NCBI GenBank assembly: GCA_037142235.1 | Contig: JBAXBB010000003.1 | Span: 1 to 45,669 of the forward strand | Direction of reading: 5' to 3' | Length of the DNA stretch: 45,669 nt | Source of the DNA: Actinomycetes bacterium | Lineage (GTDB): Bacteria; Actinomycetota; Acidimicrobiia; IMCC26256; PALSA-555 | In this document: positions 37,520 through 45,669 of the stretch, piece after piece | Layout of the letters: each line of letters begins with the position of its first letter | Numbering within the stretch: the stretch's first letter is position 1 | The notes under the pieces: generated by a model | The model's database searches: none | Seen by the model: the letters and a program-made list of their open reading frames with translations, nothing else | What the model was told of the DNA's origin: nothing | Translations under genes and position numbers: made by a program

Positions 37520-38776
37520 ATGAGCGTCGCTGATCTCCTCTCCTCCGTCCTCGGCTCCGACCTTCCCGTGGCGGTCCGCGCCTACGACGGCAGCTCCTTC
37601 GGCCCCGAAGACGCGACCACCACGGTCGTGGTCCGATCCCCGGATGCGTTGCGTCGCATCGCCACCGCCCCCAACGAGCTCGGATTCGGCCGGGCCTACG
37701 TGGCCGGCGACCTCGACCTCGAGGGAGACATCTTCGAGGTGATCGGCGTCGCCCGGCGGATCGAGGCACTCGCGCTCGGGCCCCGCCAGATCGCCGCCGC
37801 CTTCCGCCTCGTCGGTTCCGACGCGTTCAAGCGCCTTCCGCCGCCACCGGAAGAGGCCCGGCTGCGCGGCCGGCGCCACTCGCGTGAACGCGACGCCGCT
37901 GCCATCGCGCACCACTACAACGTGTCGAACGAGTTCTACCGGATCGTCCTCGGGCCCGCCATGACCTACTCGTGCGCCGTCTGGTCGGACAGCACCGAGA
38001 CCCTCGAGCAGGCCCAGGCCGACAAGTACGAGCTGATCTGTCGCAAACTCGGACTCCGGCCCGGCATGCGCCTGCTCGACGTCGGGTGCGGTTGGGGCGG
38101 CATGTTGCTCCACGCGGCGAAGCACCACGGAGTGCAGGCGGTGGGGGTCACCCTGTCGGAGCCCCAGGCCGAATACGCCCGCGAGCGGGCCCGGGAGCTC
38201 GGCGTGGCCGATGCCGTCGACGCGCGCTTCGGTGACTTCCGCGATGTCGACGACGGGCCCTACGACGCCATCAGCTCGATCGGGATGTTCGAGCACGTCG
38301 GGCTCGCCGAGCTCGACCGCTACTTCCGCCGGTGTCGGGCGCTCCTCGCCCCGCGTGGCCGCCTCCTCAACCACGCCATCAGCCGGCCGGCCCACGCCGA
38401 CCCCAAGACCCACGGTCGGTTCGAGCGGCGTCGACTGCGGCGGAACTTCACCGACCGGTACGTGTTCCCCGACGGCGAGCTCCACGAGGTCGGCGACGTC
38501 GTCTCGGCCATGGGCGCGGCGGGATTCGAGGTGCGTCACCTCGAGGGCCTGCGCGAGCACTACGCCCTGACCCTCCGGCAGTGGATCGCGAACCTCGAAG
38601 CGCGCTGGGACGACGCCGTACGCGAGGCCGGCGAAGGGCGGGCCCGCATCTGGCGCCTCTACATGGCTGCCGCGGCCTACGGGTTCGCCCGCGACGACGG
38701 CGAGATCCACCAGGTGCTCGGCGTGGCGACGACCGACGGCGACTGCGGATACCCGCTGCGCCCGTCGTTCACCTGA
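37520..38776 (+). CDS. cfa: Cyclopropane-fatty-acyl-phospholipid synthase family methyltransferase
   Basis: HHYNVSNEFY, MTYSCA, LDVGCGWG, SIGMFEHVG, YVFPDGEL, EHYALTL. Confidence 0.9.
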   Translation: MSVADLLSSVLGSDLPVAVRAYDGSSFGPEDATTTVVVRSPDALRRIATAPNELGFGRAYVAGDLDLEGDIFEVIGVARRIEALALGPRQIAAAFRLVGSDAFKRLPPPPEEARLRGRRHSRERDAAAIAHHYNVSNEFYRIVLGPAMTYSCAVWSDSTETLEQAQADKYELICRKLGLRPGMRLLDVGCGWGGMLLHAAKHHGVQAVGVTLSEPQAEYARERARELGVADAVDARFGDFRDVDDGPYDAISSIGMFEHVGLAELDRYFRRCRALLAPRGRLLNHAISRPAHADPKTHGRFERRRLRRNFTDRYVFPDGELHEVGDVVSAMGAAGFEVRHLEGLREHYALTLRQWIANLEARWDDAVREAGEGRARIWRLYMAAAAYGFARDDGEIHQVLGVATTDGDCGYPLRPSFT

Positions 38777-38843
38777 CCCGCGTCCGAACCTCCCCGGCTC
38801 GGAGTTGGCCGAGGCACGGCACTTCCACCCGGCAGAATGACCC

Positions 38844-39548
38844 GTGATGAGCGGGCCGACGATCAGCGTGGTCATCCCCACGAAGAACCGTTCGGCCTAC
38901 GTCGCCGAGGCGATCGCGAGCGTGCTGGCCCAGACCCACCCGGTCGACGAGGTGATCGTCGTCGACGACGGCTCCACCGACGACACGCCGGCGGTCCTCG
39001 CCGGGTTCGGCGACGCCATCCGGATCGTCCGCCAAGAGTGGAGTGGCGACGGCGCCGCCCGCAACCGCGGCGTCACGGTCTCGTCCGGCACCCTGATCGC
39101 CTTCCTCGACGACGACGACCTCTGGGAGCCGCACAAGACCGAGGTGCAGCTGGCGGCGTTCGGGCGCGCGCCGCAACCCGACGCCGTGTTCGGTCACGCC
39201 ATCCAGTTCGCCAGCCCCGAGCTCGGGCCCGGTCGCGTGCCCGTACCCCTCGACGCCGACGAACCGATCCCCGGGCACTTCGCCGGGACCCTCCTCGTGC
39301 GCCGGTCCACGTTCGACGCCATCGGACCCATCGCCGAGATCGGCGGTGGCGGTGACTTCTTCGACTGGTACGCCCGGCTGATCGACAGCCCGTTTCGCGT
39401 GACCACCGTGCCCGAAGTCGTGCTCCGTCGGCGCCTCCACCTCAGCAACCTCGGCCGTCAGAACGACCCGGCGCAACGCTACGCACGGGTGCTGCGTCGG
39501 GTCGTGGACCGCCGCCGCGGACGCGTCCCGACGGGCACCGACCTGTAA
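38844..39548 (+). CDS. Glycosyltransferase family 2
   Basis: ISVVIP, VDDGSTD, ARNRG, FLDDDD, RRLH; CAGAAT upstream; start 38844 or 38847. Confidence 0.92.
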   Translation: MMSGPTISVVIPTKNRSAYVAEAIASVLAQTHPVDEVIVVDDGSTDDTPAVLAGFGDAIRIVRQEWSGDGAARNRGVTVSSGTLIAFLDDDDLWEPHKTEVQLAAFGRAPQPDAVFGHAIQFASPELGPGRVPVPLDADEPIPGHFAGTLLVRRSTFDAIGPIAEIGGGGDFFDWYARLIDSPFRVTTVPEVVLRRRLHLSNLGRQNDPAQRYARVLRRVVDRRRGRVPTGTDL

Positions 39549-39578
39549 CCTTTCCTCGTTGAACGACCACGACGGAGC

Positions 39579-40094
39579 GTGCCACCGGTGACTGAGAAGG
39601 ATGCGCCGAGTCCCGGCTCGCCCCGAGCCCTCCCCCTCGATCCCACCACTCGTTTCCGGGTCCCGAGCCGCCGGGTGGCCGCCGACGTCGTCGACGACGA
39701 GGTGGTCATCGTCGATCTCGCCTCGGGGTCGTACTTCACCACCGAGGGCGCCGGCTGCGACGTCTGGCGGCTGCTCGCCAGCGGCGCGTCGGTCGACGAG
39801 ACCGTCGCCGTCCTCCGGACCCGCTACGTCGACACGGGAGCGGTCGAGTCGTACGTGCACACCCTGACCGCCGTCGTGGTCGAGCGGGGACTCCTCGAAC
39901 CCGCCCACGACGACACCGACGGAGCACCGGTCGACCTCGGGCCGGCGGCCGGAGTGCTCGCGCCCGTGGGCGAGCCGCGGCCGTTCGCCGCGGCCGACCT
40001 CGTCGACTTCGACGACATGAAAGGGCTGCTCCTGATCGACCCCGTCCACGAGGTCGACGACCGGGGCTGGCCTCATGCTGGTCCCGGGCTCTGA
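39579..40094 (+). CDS. PqqD/RRE-family protein with C-terminal DM..LLL.DP.HEVD..GWP tail
   Basis: DVVDDEVVIVDLASGSYF...G..VWRLL...L...GLLEP is an RRE pattern, followed by a linker and an acidic tail. Confidence 0.82.
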   Translation: MPPVTEKDAPSPGSPRALPLDPTTRFRVPSRRVAADVVDDEVVIVDLASGSYFTTEGAGCDVWRLLASGASVDETVAVLRTRYVDTGAVESYVHTLTAVVVERGLLEPAHDDTDGAPVDLGPAAGVLAPVGEPRPFAAADLVDFDDMKGLLLIDPVHEVDDRGWPHAGPGL

Positions 40095-41169
40095 GGACCG
40101 CGAGCCCACCGCCGTCCACGACCTGATGCTCGCCGGCGCGATCCGGGCGGGCACCCGGTTCGGCGGGCCCCTCGACCGGCGCTACCGCTTCGGTCCCCAG
40201 ACGGTGCGGCTGCGCTTCGCGGGGCCGGAGGTGGCCGACGCTCTCGGCCCGGCCCTCGACCACGTCCGGATCGCCGACGGACCCACCGACGGACCCACTG
40301 ACGTCACCATCGACTGCTGGGACTCGGTGTCGTCGGGGGAGCCGGTCTCTCCCCTCGTGGCGCTGTTGCTCGACCGGATCGACCACGACTGGCTCGCGTG
40401 GCTCACCCCCCGTCACGAGGTACGCGGCTTCGACAATGACCGCGTGGCGACGGCCTTCGAGCCGTGGTCCGGGATCCTGAGCACCTACGACCGCACGACG
40501 GCACGCGGGGCGTGGTGGACCCAAGACGCCACCGCCGTTCCCTCCCACGAGCGGGCCGCACCACTGCGATCGCTGCTCGGTTGGGCACTCGGCGAACTCG
40601 GCCTGCAGAGCGTGCACGCCGCCGCCGTGGGCCGAACCGACGGGGGCGTGCTGCTCGCCGGCCCAGGAGGGTCGGGCAAGTCGTCGACCGCGCTGCGCGG
40701 CCTCGCCGACGGCCTCGGCCACCTGGCCGACGACTACTGCCTGATCTCCACGGTGGGCCCACCCACCGCCCACTCCCTCTACGCCGTGGCGAAGCTCGAC
40801 GGACCGGCCGACCTCGAGCGCCTCCCGGAGTTCGGTGCCTCCGTCACCAACCCCGAGCGCACCGGTTCGGAGAAGCTCGTAATCGATGTCGGTCGCGACT
40901 TCCCCGACCGCGTCGTCACCTCGTTCCCGATCCGAGCGGTGGTGGTGCCGCAGGTGCGTGCGGGAGCACCGACCGCACTCGCGCCGATGAGCTCGGCGGC
41001 GGCCCTGCGGGCGCTCGGTCCCACCACCATGCTCCAGCTCCCGGGAGCGGGCAGCACCGCGTTCCGCCACATGGGTGACCTCGTGCGCGCGGTTCCCTGC
41101 TTCACCCTGTACCTCGGCCCCGATGCCGCAGCCGTGACGCCGCTCCTCGAAAGTCTGCTCCGTCCGTGA
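40075..41169 (+). CDS. HPr-kinase/PEPCK-like P-loop kinase
   Basis: VHAAAV...GVLLAGPGGSGKSS...LADDY; start 40075 or ATG 40126. Confidence 0.82.
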   Translation: MLVPGSEDREPTAVHDLMLAGAIRAGTRFGGPLDRRYRFGPQTVRLRFAGPEVADALGPALDHVRIADGPTDGPTDVTIDCWDSVSSGEPVSPLVALLLDRIDHDWLAWLTPRHEVRGFDNDRVATAFEPWSGILSTYDRTTARGAWWTQDATAVPSHERAAPLRSLLGWALGELGLQSVHAAAVGRTDGGVLLAGPGGSGKSSTALRGLADGLGHLADDYCLISTVGPPTAHSLYAVAKLDGPADLERLPEFGASVTNPERTGSEKLVIDVGRDFPDRVVTSFPIRAVVVPQVRAGAPTALAPMSSAAALRALGPTTMLQLPGAGSTAFRHMGDLVRAVPCFTLYLGPDAAAVTPLLESLLRP

Positions 41170-43262
41170 GCACCCCCGAGGTCGCGCGATCCCTGCGCCG
41201 ACTCGACGGTCGGCCGATCGACCCGGCGCCCGACGCCGTGCTCGGCTGCACCGTGGTCCGCAACGAGGTCGGGCGGATCATCCCCTGGCTCGATCACCAT
41301 CGCGCCCTCGGCGTCGAGCGGTTCCTGGTCGTGGACCACGGCTCCACCGATGGCACCACGGAGGCGCTCCTCGCCGAGCCGGACGTGCACGTGTGGACCT
41401 CCTCGCTCGACTTCCGGGCGGCACGGTGCGGCGCGGCGTTCTTCGAGGTGATCCTCAGCCGGTACGGCGGTGGGCGCTGGACCGTCATCGCCGACGCCGA
41501 CGAGCTCGTCGTCCATCCCGACGCCGAGGACCGGCCGCTCGCCGACCTCTGCCGGGAGCTCGACGCCGGCGGCAGCCGTGCCCTCGGCGCCGTGCTGCTC
41601 GACCTCTACGCCGACACACCGCTCGCGAGCACGTGGCTCCCCGCCGACCGCTCACCGCTCGAGGTCGCCCACTGGTTCGACCGTCGGTGGCGCCACCACG
41701 AGGTGGCGTCGTCGGGTCCGGACGCGAACCAGGTCGGAGTGTTCGGAGGTGTGCGTCGTCGACTGTTCGGAGGCAGTGCCTGGGACTACTGCCTCTCGAA
41801 GGTCCCGCTCCTCCGGGTCGACACCGCGACGCGCCTCGTCGACGGGCAGCACTGGACCGACCTCCCTCTCGCCACCATCCGCGGCGCCGTGCTCCACTTC
41901 AAATTGTGCGCGCGCCTCGGCGACTTCGCCTGGGACGAGTTGGCGCGCGGGCAACGTCCACCCGACGACGAGTACCACCGGTACGCCGACGCGCTCGCCC
42001 TCGACCCCGACCTCACGGCCTGGTCGTCGGAGGAGTCGGTGCGCTACGCCGGCACCGGGCACCTGGCCGCGCTCGGGATCGTGGGTCCGGTCCCCGATCC
42101 CGACTTCCTGGCGGCGCGCGCCGGGGCACTGACCGCGCACGCGGTCGCCCGGGTGGGCGCGGGCGACGACGACCGCGCCGTCGCCCTGCTCGACCGCGCC
42201 GTCGCGACCGACTCCACCGCGGTGGTGCCGCTGCTGCACCTGGCGGAGCTCCAGCGGCGGCGGGGCGACCGGAGCGCCGCGGCCGGATCCCTCGCCGAGG
42301 CCTGCGACCGCCGTCCCGAAGACCTCGATCTGCTCGCTCGCACCCTCGACGGGCCGCCGCTCCCGCCCGACTTCGACGCCGCGCGCCTCGCCGACGCTCT
42401 GCCCGGCGCACCCCCCGGCACCGCGTTCCTCGCATCGGTCGACGCCACCTTCGGGCCCGGCGGCGAGCCGGTCGAGGGCGCCTGGGTCGGGATCGTCCAC
42501 GGCGTGGTGAGCGCCCCCGACCACCTGCCCCCGTTCGCCGAGTTCGCCCTGGAGGCGCTCGTGCGCCGGCCCGCCTTCCGGGCGGCACTGACCGAGTGCC
42601 GCGGGCTCGTGACCTTCACCCACTCCGCCGCCCGCTTCCTGGAGGACTCCACCGGCGTGCCCGTCGAGGTGGTGGCGCCCCCGGTCGTGGCCCACCCGAC
42701 CGCGTTCGACCCCGAGCGCTTCGCCGCCGCGCCCACCCTGGTGCAGCCCGGGTGGTGGATGACCCGGCTCTCGACCGTCTGCGACCTGCCCGATCGGCTC
42801 CCCACCGGCGCGACGCTGCGCAAGGTGCGGTGCGTCGAGCCACCGTTCCGCCGGGTCGCCGTGGGTCTGGCCCGGGCCCAACGCCGCCACGACGGTTGGG
42901 CCGCCGACCCTGCGCCACTGCGCGCGACCGACGACCGCGGGGCGATCACCCCTCGCGAGCGCGACGCCCTACTCGTCGACGCGGTCGTGCTCGCCGACCT
43001 GCTCGACGCCAACGCCGACCCGGTCGTGCTCCGGTGCCTCGGGCGGGGTCTGCCCGTTGCGGTGCCGCCGCTCCCCGGCGTCGTGGAGGTCCTCGGACCC
43101 GGCTACCCCCTCCACTTCTCCCGACCCGCCGAGATCGGAGATCTCTTGGCCGACCTCGGCCGGGTCCGGGCCGCCCACGAGCACCTGCTCGACCGCCGTA
43201 GGCACCTGGCGACCACCCCCGACATCACGGCCGTGGCGGCAGCGTGGGGAGGACGGCCGTGA
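41166..43262 (+). CDS. Multidomain glycosyltransferase (GT2_4-like, TPR-like, C-terminal GT-B-like domain)
   Basis: VRNE...HHRALGVERFLVVDHGSTDG...DADE...LHFK; central helical TPR-like segment; C-terminal domain call is tentative. Confidence 0.78.
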   Translation: MSTPEVARSLRRLDGRPIDPAPDAVLGCTVVRNEVGRIIPWLDHHRALGVERFLVVDHGSTDGTTEALLAEPDVHVWTSSLDFRAARCGAAFFEVILSRYGGGRWTVIADADELVVHPDAEDRPLADLCRELDAGGSRALGAVLLDLYADTPLASTWLPADRSPLEVAHWFDRRWRHHEVASSGPDANQVGVFGGVRRRLFGGSAWDYCLSKVPLLRVDTATRLVDGQHWTDLPLATIRGAVLHFKLCARLGDFAWDELARGQRPPDDEYHRYADALALDPDLTAWSSEESVRYAGTGHLAALGIVGPVPDPDFLAARAGALTAHAVARVGAGDDDRAVALLDRAVATDSTAVVPLLHLAELQRRRGDRSAAAGSLAEACDRRPEDLDLLARTLDGPPLPPDFDAARLADALPGAPPGTAFLASVDATFGPGGEPVEGAWVGIVHGVVSAPDHLPPFAEFALEALVRRPAFRAALTECRGLVTFTHSAARFLEDSTGVPVEVVAPPVVAHPTAFDPERFAAAPTLVQPGWWMTRLSTVCDLPDRLPTGATLRKVRCVEPPFRRVAVGLARAQRRHDGWAADPAPLRATDDRGAITPRERDALLVDAVVLADLLDANADPVVLRCLGRGLPVAVPPLPGVVEVLGPGYPLHFSRPAEIGDLLADLGRVRAAHEHLLDRRRHLATTPDITAVAAAWGGRP

Positions 43263-45397
43263 ACACTCCCGAGCAGGAGACGGTCGCCGTCGCCGATCAC
43301 GCCCTCGGCCTGGCCCGTGTGCTCGCCCACCTCGGCAGGGTCGAGCGCGCGCTCACGCAGTACGCCGTCGTCCTCGCCCAACGTCCGTGGAGCGCCGAGG
43401 TGATCGACGAGGTCCTCGACCTCGTCGCCGCGACCCTCGGCCCCACAGCCGTGGCCCAGCGCTGCGCCGATTGGCTGACCGACCATCCCGACCACGGCAC
43501 GCACGACCACGCGCAGGCCGTGCACACGCGGCGGATCGACGCGCTCGTGGAGGTCGGGGGACTCGACGCGGCGTTCACGGCCTACGGGCTCGACCCGGTC
43601 GCCCGCACGGAGGAGCCCGTCGGGTCCGACGAGATCGTGGCGCTGGTCGGACTGCGCAACGAGCGACACCGCCTCGACTGGTTTCTCCACCATCACCGCC
43701 GGATCGGCGTCGATCGGTTCCTCGTCGTCGACAACGGGTCCGACGACGGCTCCGCGGAGCTGCTCGCGGCGCAACCCGACGTGACGCTGTGGCACACCGA
43801 GGGTTCGTACCGCGCCGCCAACTGCGGTGCGGTCTGGTGGGACCTCCTGGCCCGACGGCACACCACCGATCAGTGGTCGCTCACCGTCGACGCCGACGAA
43901 CTGTTCGTCTTCCCCGGTTCGGAGCACGCCACGCTGCGCGACCTCACCGCCGGGCTCGACCGTGCGGGGGCCAGCGCCTACCGGGCGATCATGGTCGACC
44001 TGTACGGAGCCGGCCCACAGTCGTCGCTGGTGTGCGCTCCGGGCCAGGACCCGCTCGAGGTGTTCGGGTGGTTCGACGCCGACTGGTACCGGGTCCGGGT
44101 GCCCTTCGCCGGGCCCCGCCGCAACCTCACCAACTACTGGGGTGGGGTGCGGGCGCGGATCTTCGGGGGCGACCTCGGTGGCCACCTCCTCGACAAGGTG
44201 CCGCTGCGTCGGGTCCGGCCGGGCGAGCAGGTGTGGAGCGGCAACCACTGGTGCGACCGCCCCTCCCGTGAGATCACCGGGCGGGGCGCGCTGCTCCACG
44301 TGAAGTACGGCGCCGGATTCGCGGCCAGGGTGACGATGGAGGCGGAGCGCGGCGAGCACGCCGGAGCGGCTCGGATCTACCGCCACGCCGCCGCGAGTCT
44401 GGCCGCGCGACCCGAGCCCGATTTCTTCGACCCCGGGCACTCCGTGCGCTACACGGGCACCGACCAGCTGGTCCGCTTCGGGATCGCCCGGACGGCCGCC
44501 ACCACCACGAGGGTGCCCGTCACCCCCGACGGAGTGCTCTACCCGCCGGTGCCCCCCGTTACCGTCGCGACGGCGCACGACGACGCGTCGGGCGCGCGAC
44601 CCGAGTGGTCGGTGGTGGTGATCGCCGACGACGACGCCACCGCGCGGGTCGACGCCGCCCTGGCCGCCCTCACCGGTGAGCCGGCATCGGAGGTGGTGGT
44701 CGTGACCGGCGGAGGTTGCGGGTTCTCAGCCCACTCCGGGGAGCACCCCCACCAGGTCCGGGTGGTCTCCACGCCCCTCCACCTCACTCCGCCGGCGCTC
44801 GCGAACCTCGGCCGGGCCGCGTCGCGGGGGAGATGGGTCCACGTCGTCGACCCGGGCTGGACCGTGGCGCCGGGCGCCTACCGCCGCATCGCCGAAGTGC
44901 GCCGGACGCGTCCCGAGGCCGGGGTGGTCGTCACCGCACCCACACCCCTAGCCCTCGACCTGACCGCACCGGCGGCGCACTGTGCGGTCCGGCGAGATCT
45001 CCTCGAGCGGGTGGGGGGCGAGTGTGTGATCCTCGGTCGCGCCGCGCCGTGGGAGCTCGTCCAACGGCTCGCCGCCGGGGCCACGGTGCTCGTCGTCGAC
45101 GACACCGTCGCCCGTACGCACCTCGGCGGGGCGGTCGGCCCGGCGGGGTACGGCACCGACGTCGTGCAGGTGCTGGCGGCCGTCGATCTCGCCGCGGCCC
45201 ACCTCGGTCTCGGTCCCGACGCGGTGCAGGGCCTGCGCGACCGGTGTGCCAGCCTCGCCACCGGTCTGGTCGAGGCCGACGTCGCGGACGGCCGGGTGGG
45301 CTCGGCCCTCGCCGTGGTTGCCGAGACGCTGCGCGGCGGGTGCTCACCGGCGACGACGGTCATGCTCTCCACCGCCCTCTCGGCGGGCCTGCGGTGA
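43259..45397 (+). CDS. Multidomain glycosyltransferase (helical N-terminus, GT2_4-like, degenerate GT2)
   Basis: GTGA overlap; LRNE...GVDRFLVVDNGSDDG...DADE...LHVKY; C-terminal WSVVV...ANLG...WVHVVD. Confidence 0.78.
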   Translation: MNTPEQETVAVADHALGLARVLAHLGRVERALTQYAVVLAQRPWSAEVIDEVLDLVAATLGPTAVAQRCADWLTDHPDHGTHDHAQAVHTRRIDALVEVGGLDAAFTAYGLDPVARTEEPVGSDEIVALVGLRNERHRLDWFLHHHRRIGVDRFLVVDNGSDDGSAELLAAQPDVTLWHTEGSYRAANCGAVWWDLLARRHTTDQWSLTVDADELFVFPGSEHATLRDLTAGLDRAGASAYRAIMVDLYGAGPQSSLVCAPGQDPLEVFGWFDADWYRVRVPFAGPRRNLTNYWGGVRARIFGGDLGGHLLDKVPLRRVRPGEQVWSGNHWCDRPSREITGRGALLHVKYGAGFAARVTMEAERGEHAGAARIYRHAAASLAARPEPDFFDPGHSVRYTGTDQLVRFGIARTAATTTRVPVTPDGVLYPPVPPVTVATAHDDASGARPEWSVVVIADDDATARVDAALAALTGEPASEVVVVTGGGCGFSAHSGEHPHQVRVVSTPLHLTPPALANLGRAASRGRWVHVVDPGWTVAPGAYRRIAEVRRTRPEAGVVVTAPTPLALDLTAPAAHCAVRRDLLERVGGECVILGRAAPWELVQRLAAGATVLVVDDTVARTHLGGAVGPAGYGTDVVQVLAAVDLAAAHLGLGPDAVQGLRDRCASLATGLVEADVADGRVGSALAVVAETLRGGCSPATTVMLSTALSAGLR

Positions 45398-45669
45398 GCC
45401 GCTCCGGCGGGCCCTCGTCGCTCGATCTCCGGTTGGCGCGCGCCTACCGGTCGACGTGGGGAACCCGGATCCGACGCCGGTCGCCGGTCCGGTGGATCGT
45501 CCACCGGGTCGTTCCGGCCGGTCGGCTCGCGCGTCTCCACGCTCGCGTCGTGGCGAACACGCCGACCGGACCGTCGACCGGACCGCCGACCCGGCCGCCG
45601 ACCGGGCCGACCCCACCGCCGGTCCCGGAGGGATCCGCCCCCATGGTCCCACCCCCGGGGGTCACCCCG
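45394..45669 (+). CDS. Partial CDS continuing the operon, truncated by the window end
   Basis: GTGA overlap with the 45397 stop; frame open to the end; Arg-rich, then Pro/Thr/Gly-rich linker. Confidence 0.55.
   Translation, partial: MSRSGGPSSLDLRLARAYRSTWGTRIRRRSPVRWIVHRVVPAGRLARLHARVVANTPTGPSTGPPTRPPTGPTPPPVPEGSAPMVPPPGVTP

Noticed and set aside
39579-41169. PQQ biosynthesis or a complete lasso peptide cluster
   Set aside because: No pqqA/B/C/E and no lasso cyclase, protease or precursor in the window.

Overview
High-GC actinobacterial chromosomal segment. Gene content (two Amidohydro_2 enzymes, two Baeyer-Villiger monooxygenases, many leaderless genes) suggests Acidimicrobiia; this is inference. 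About 40 densely packed CDS; no rRNA, tRNA, CRISPR, transposase or integrase seen. Most genes are ordinary transport, redox or lipid functions. Four regions stand out. (1) 6.2-15.6 kb: a candidate signalling island with an acetolactate decarboxylase fused to a winged-HTH, two paralogous atypical MinD/ParA ATPases (one degenerate), a Ser/Thr pseudokinase with a cation/H+ antiporter, a stand-alone tandem sAC-like class III cyclase and methylglyoxal synthase. A ribosome-hibernation (Rv0079-like) gene and DosR/OsdR-like boxes lie inside or beside it. (2) 17.7-20.0 kb: two copies of a PafBC/RecA-NDp-like promoter, ahead of a phosphatase-like ORF lacking its catalytic loop plus a vWA protein, and ahead of rmuC. 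(3) 34.8-36.2 kb: a desaturase whose 5' leader can form mutually exclusive helices, one hiding the RBS. (4) 38.8 kb to end: a glycosyltransferase operon carrying a PqqD/RRE protein with a leader-like C-terminal tail and an HPr-kinase-like P-loop kinase, with no visible RiPP cyclase, protease or precursor. Family calls come from motifs read by eye; no database search was run.
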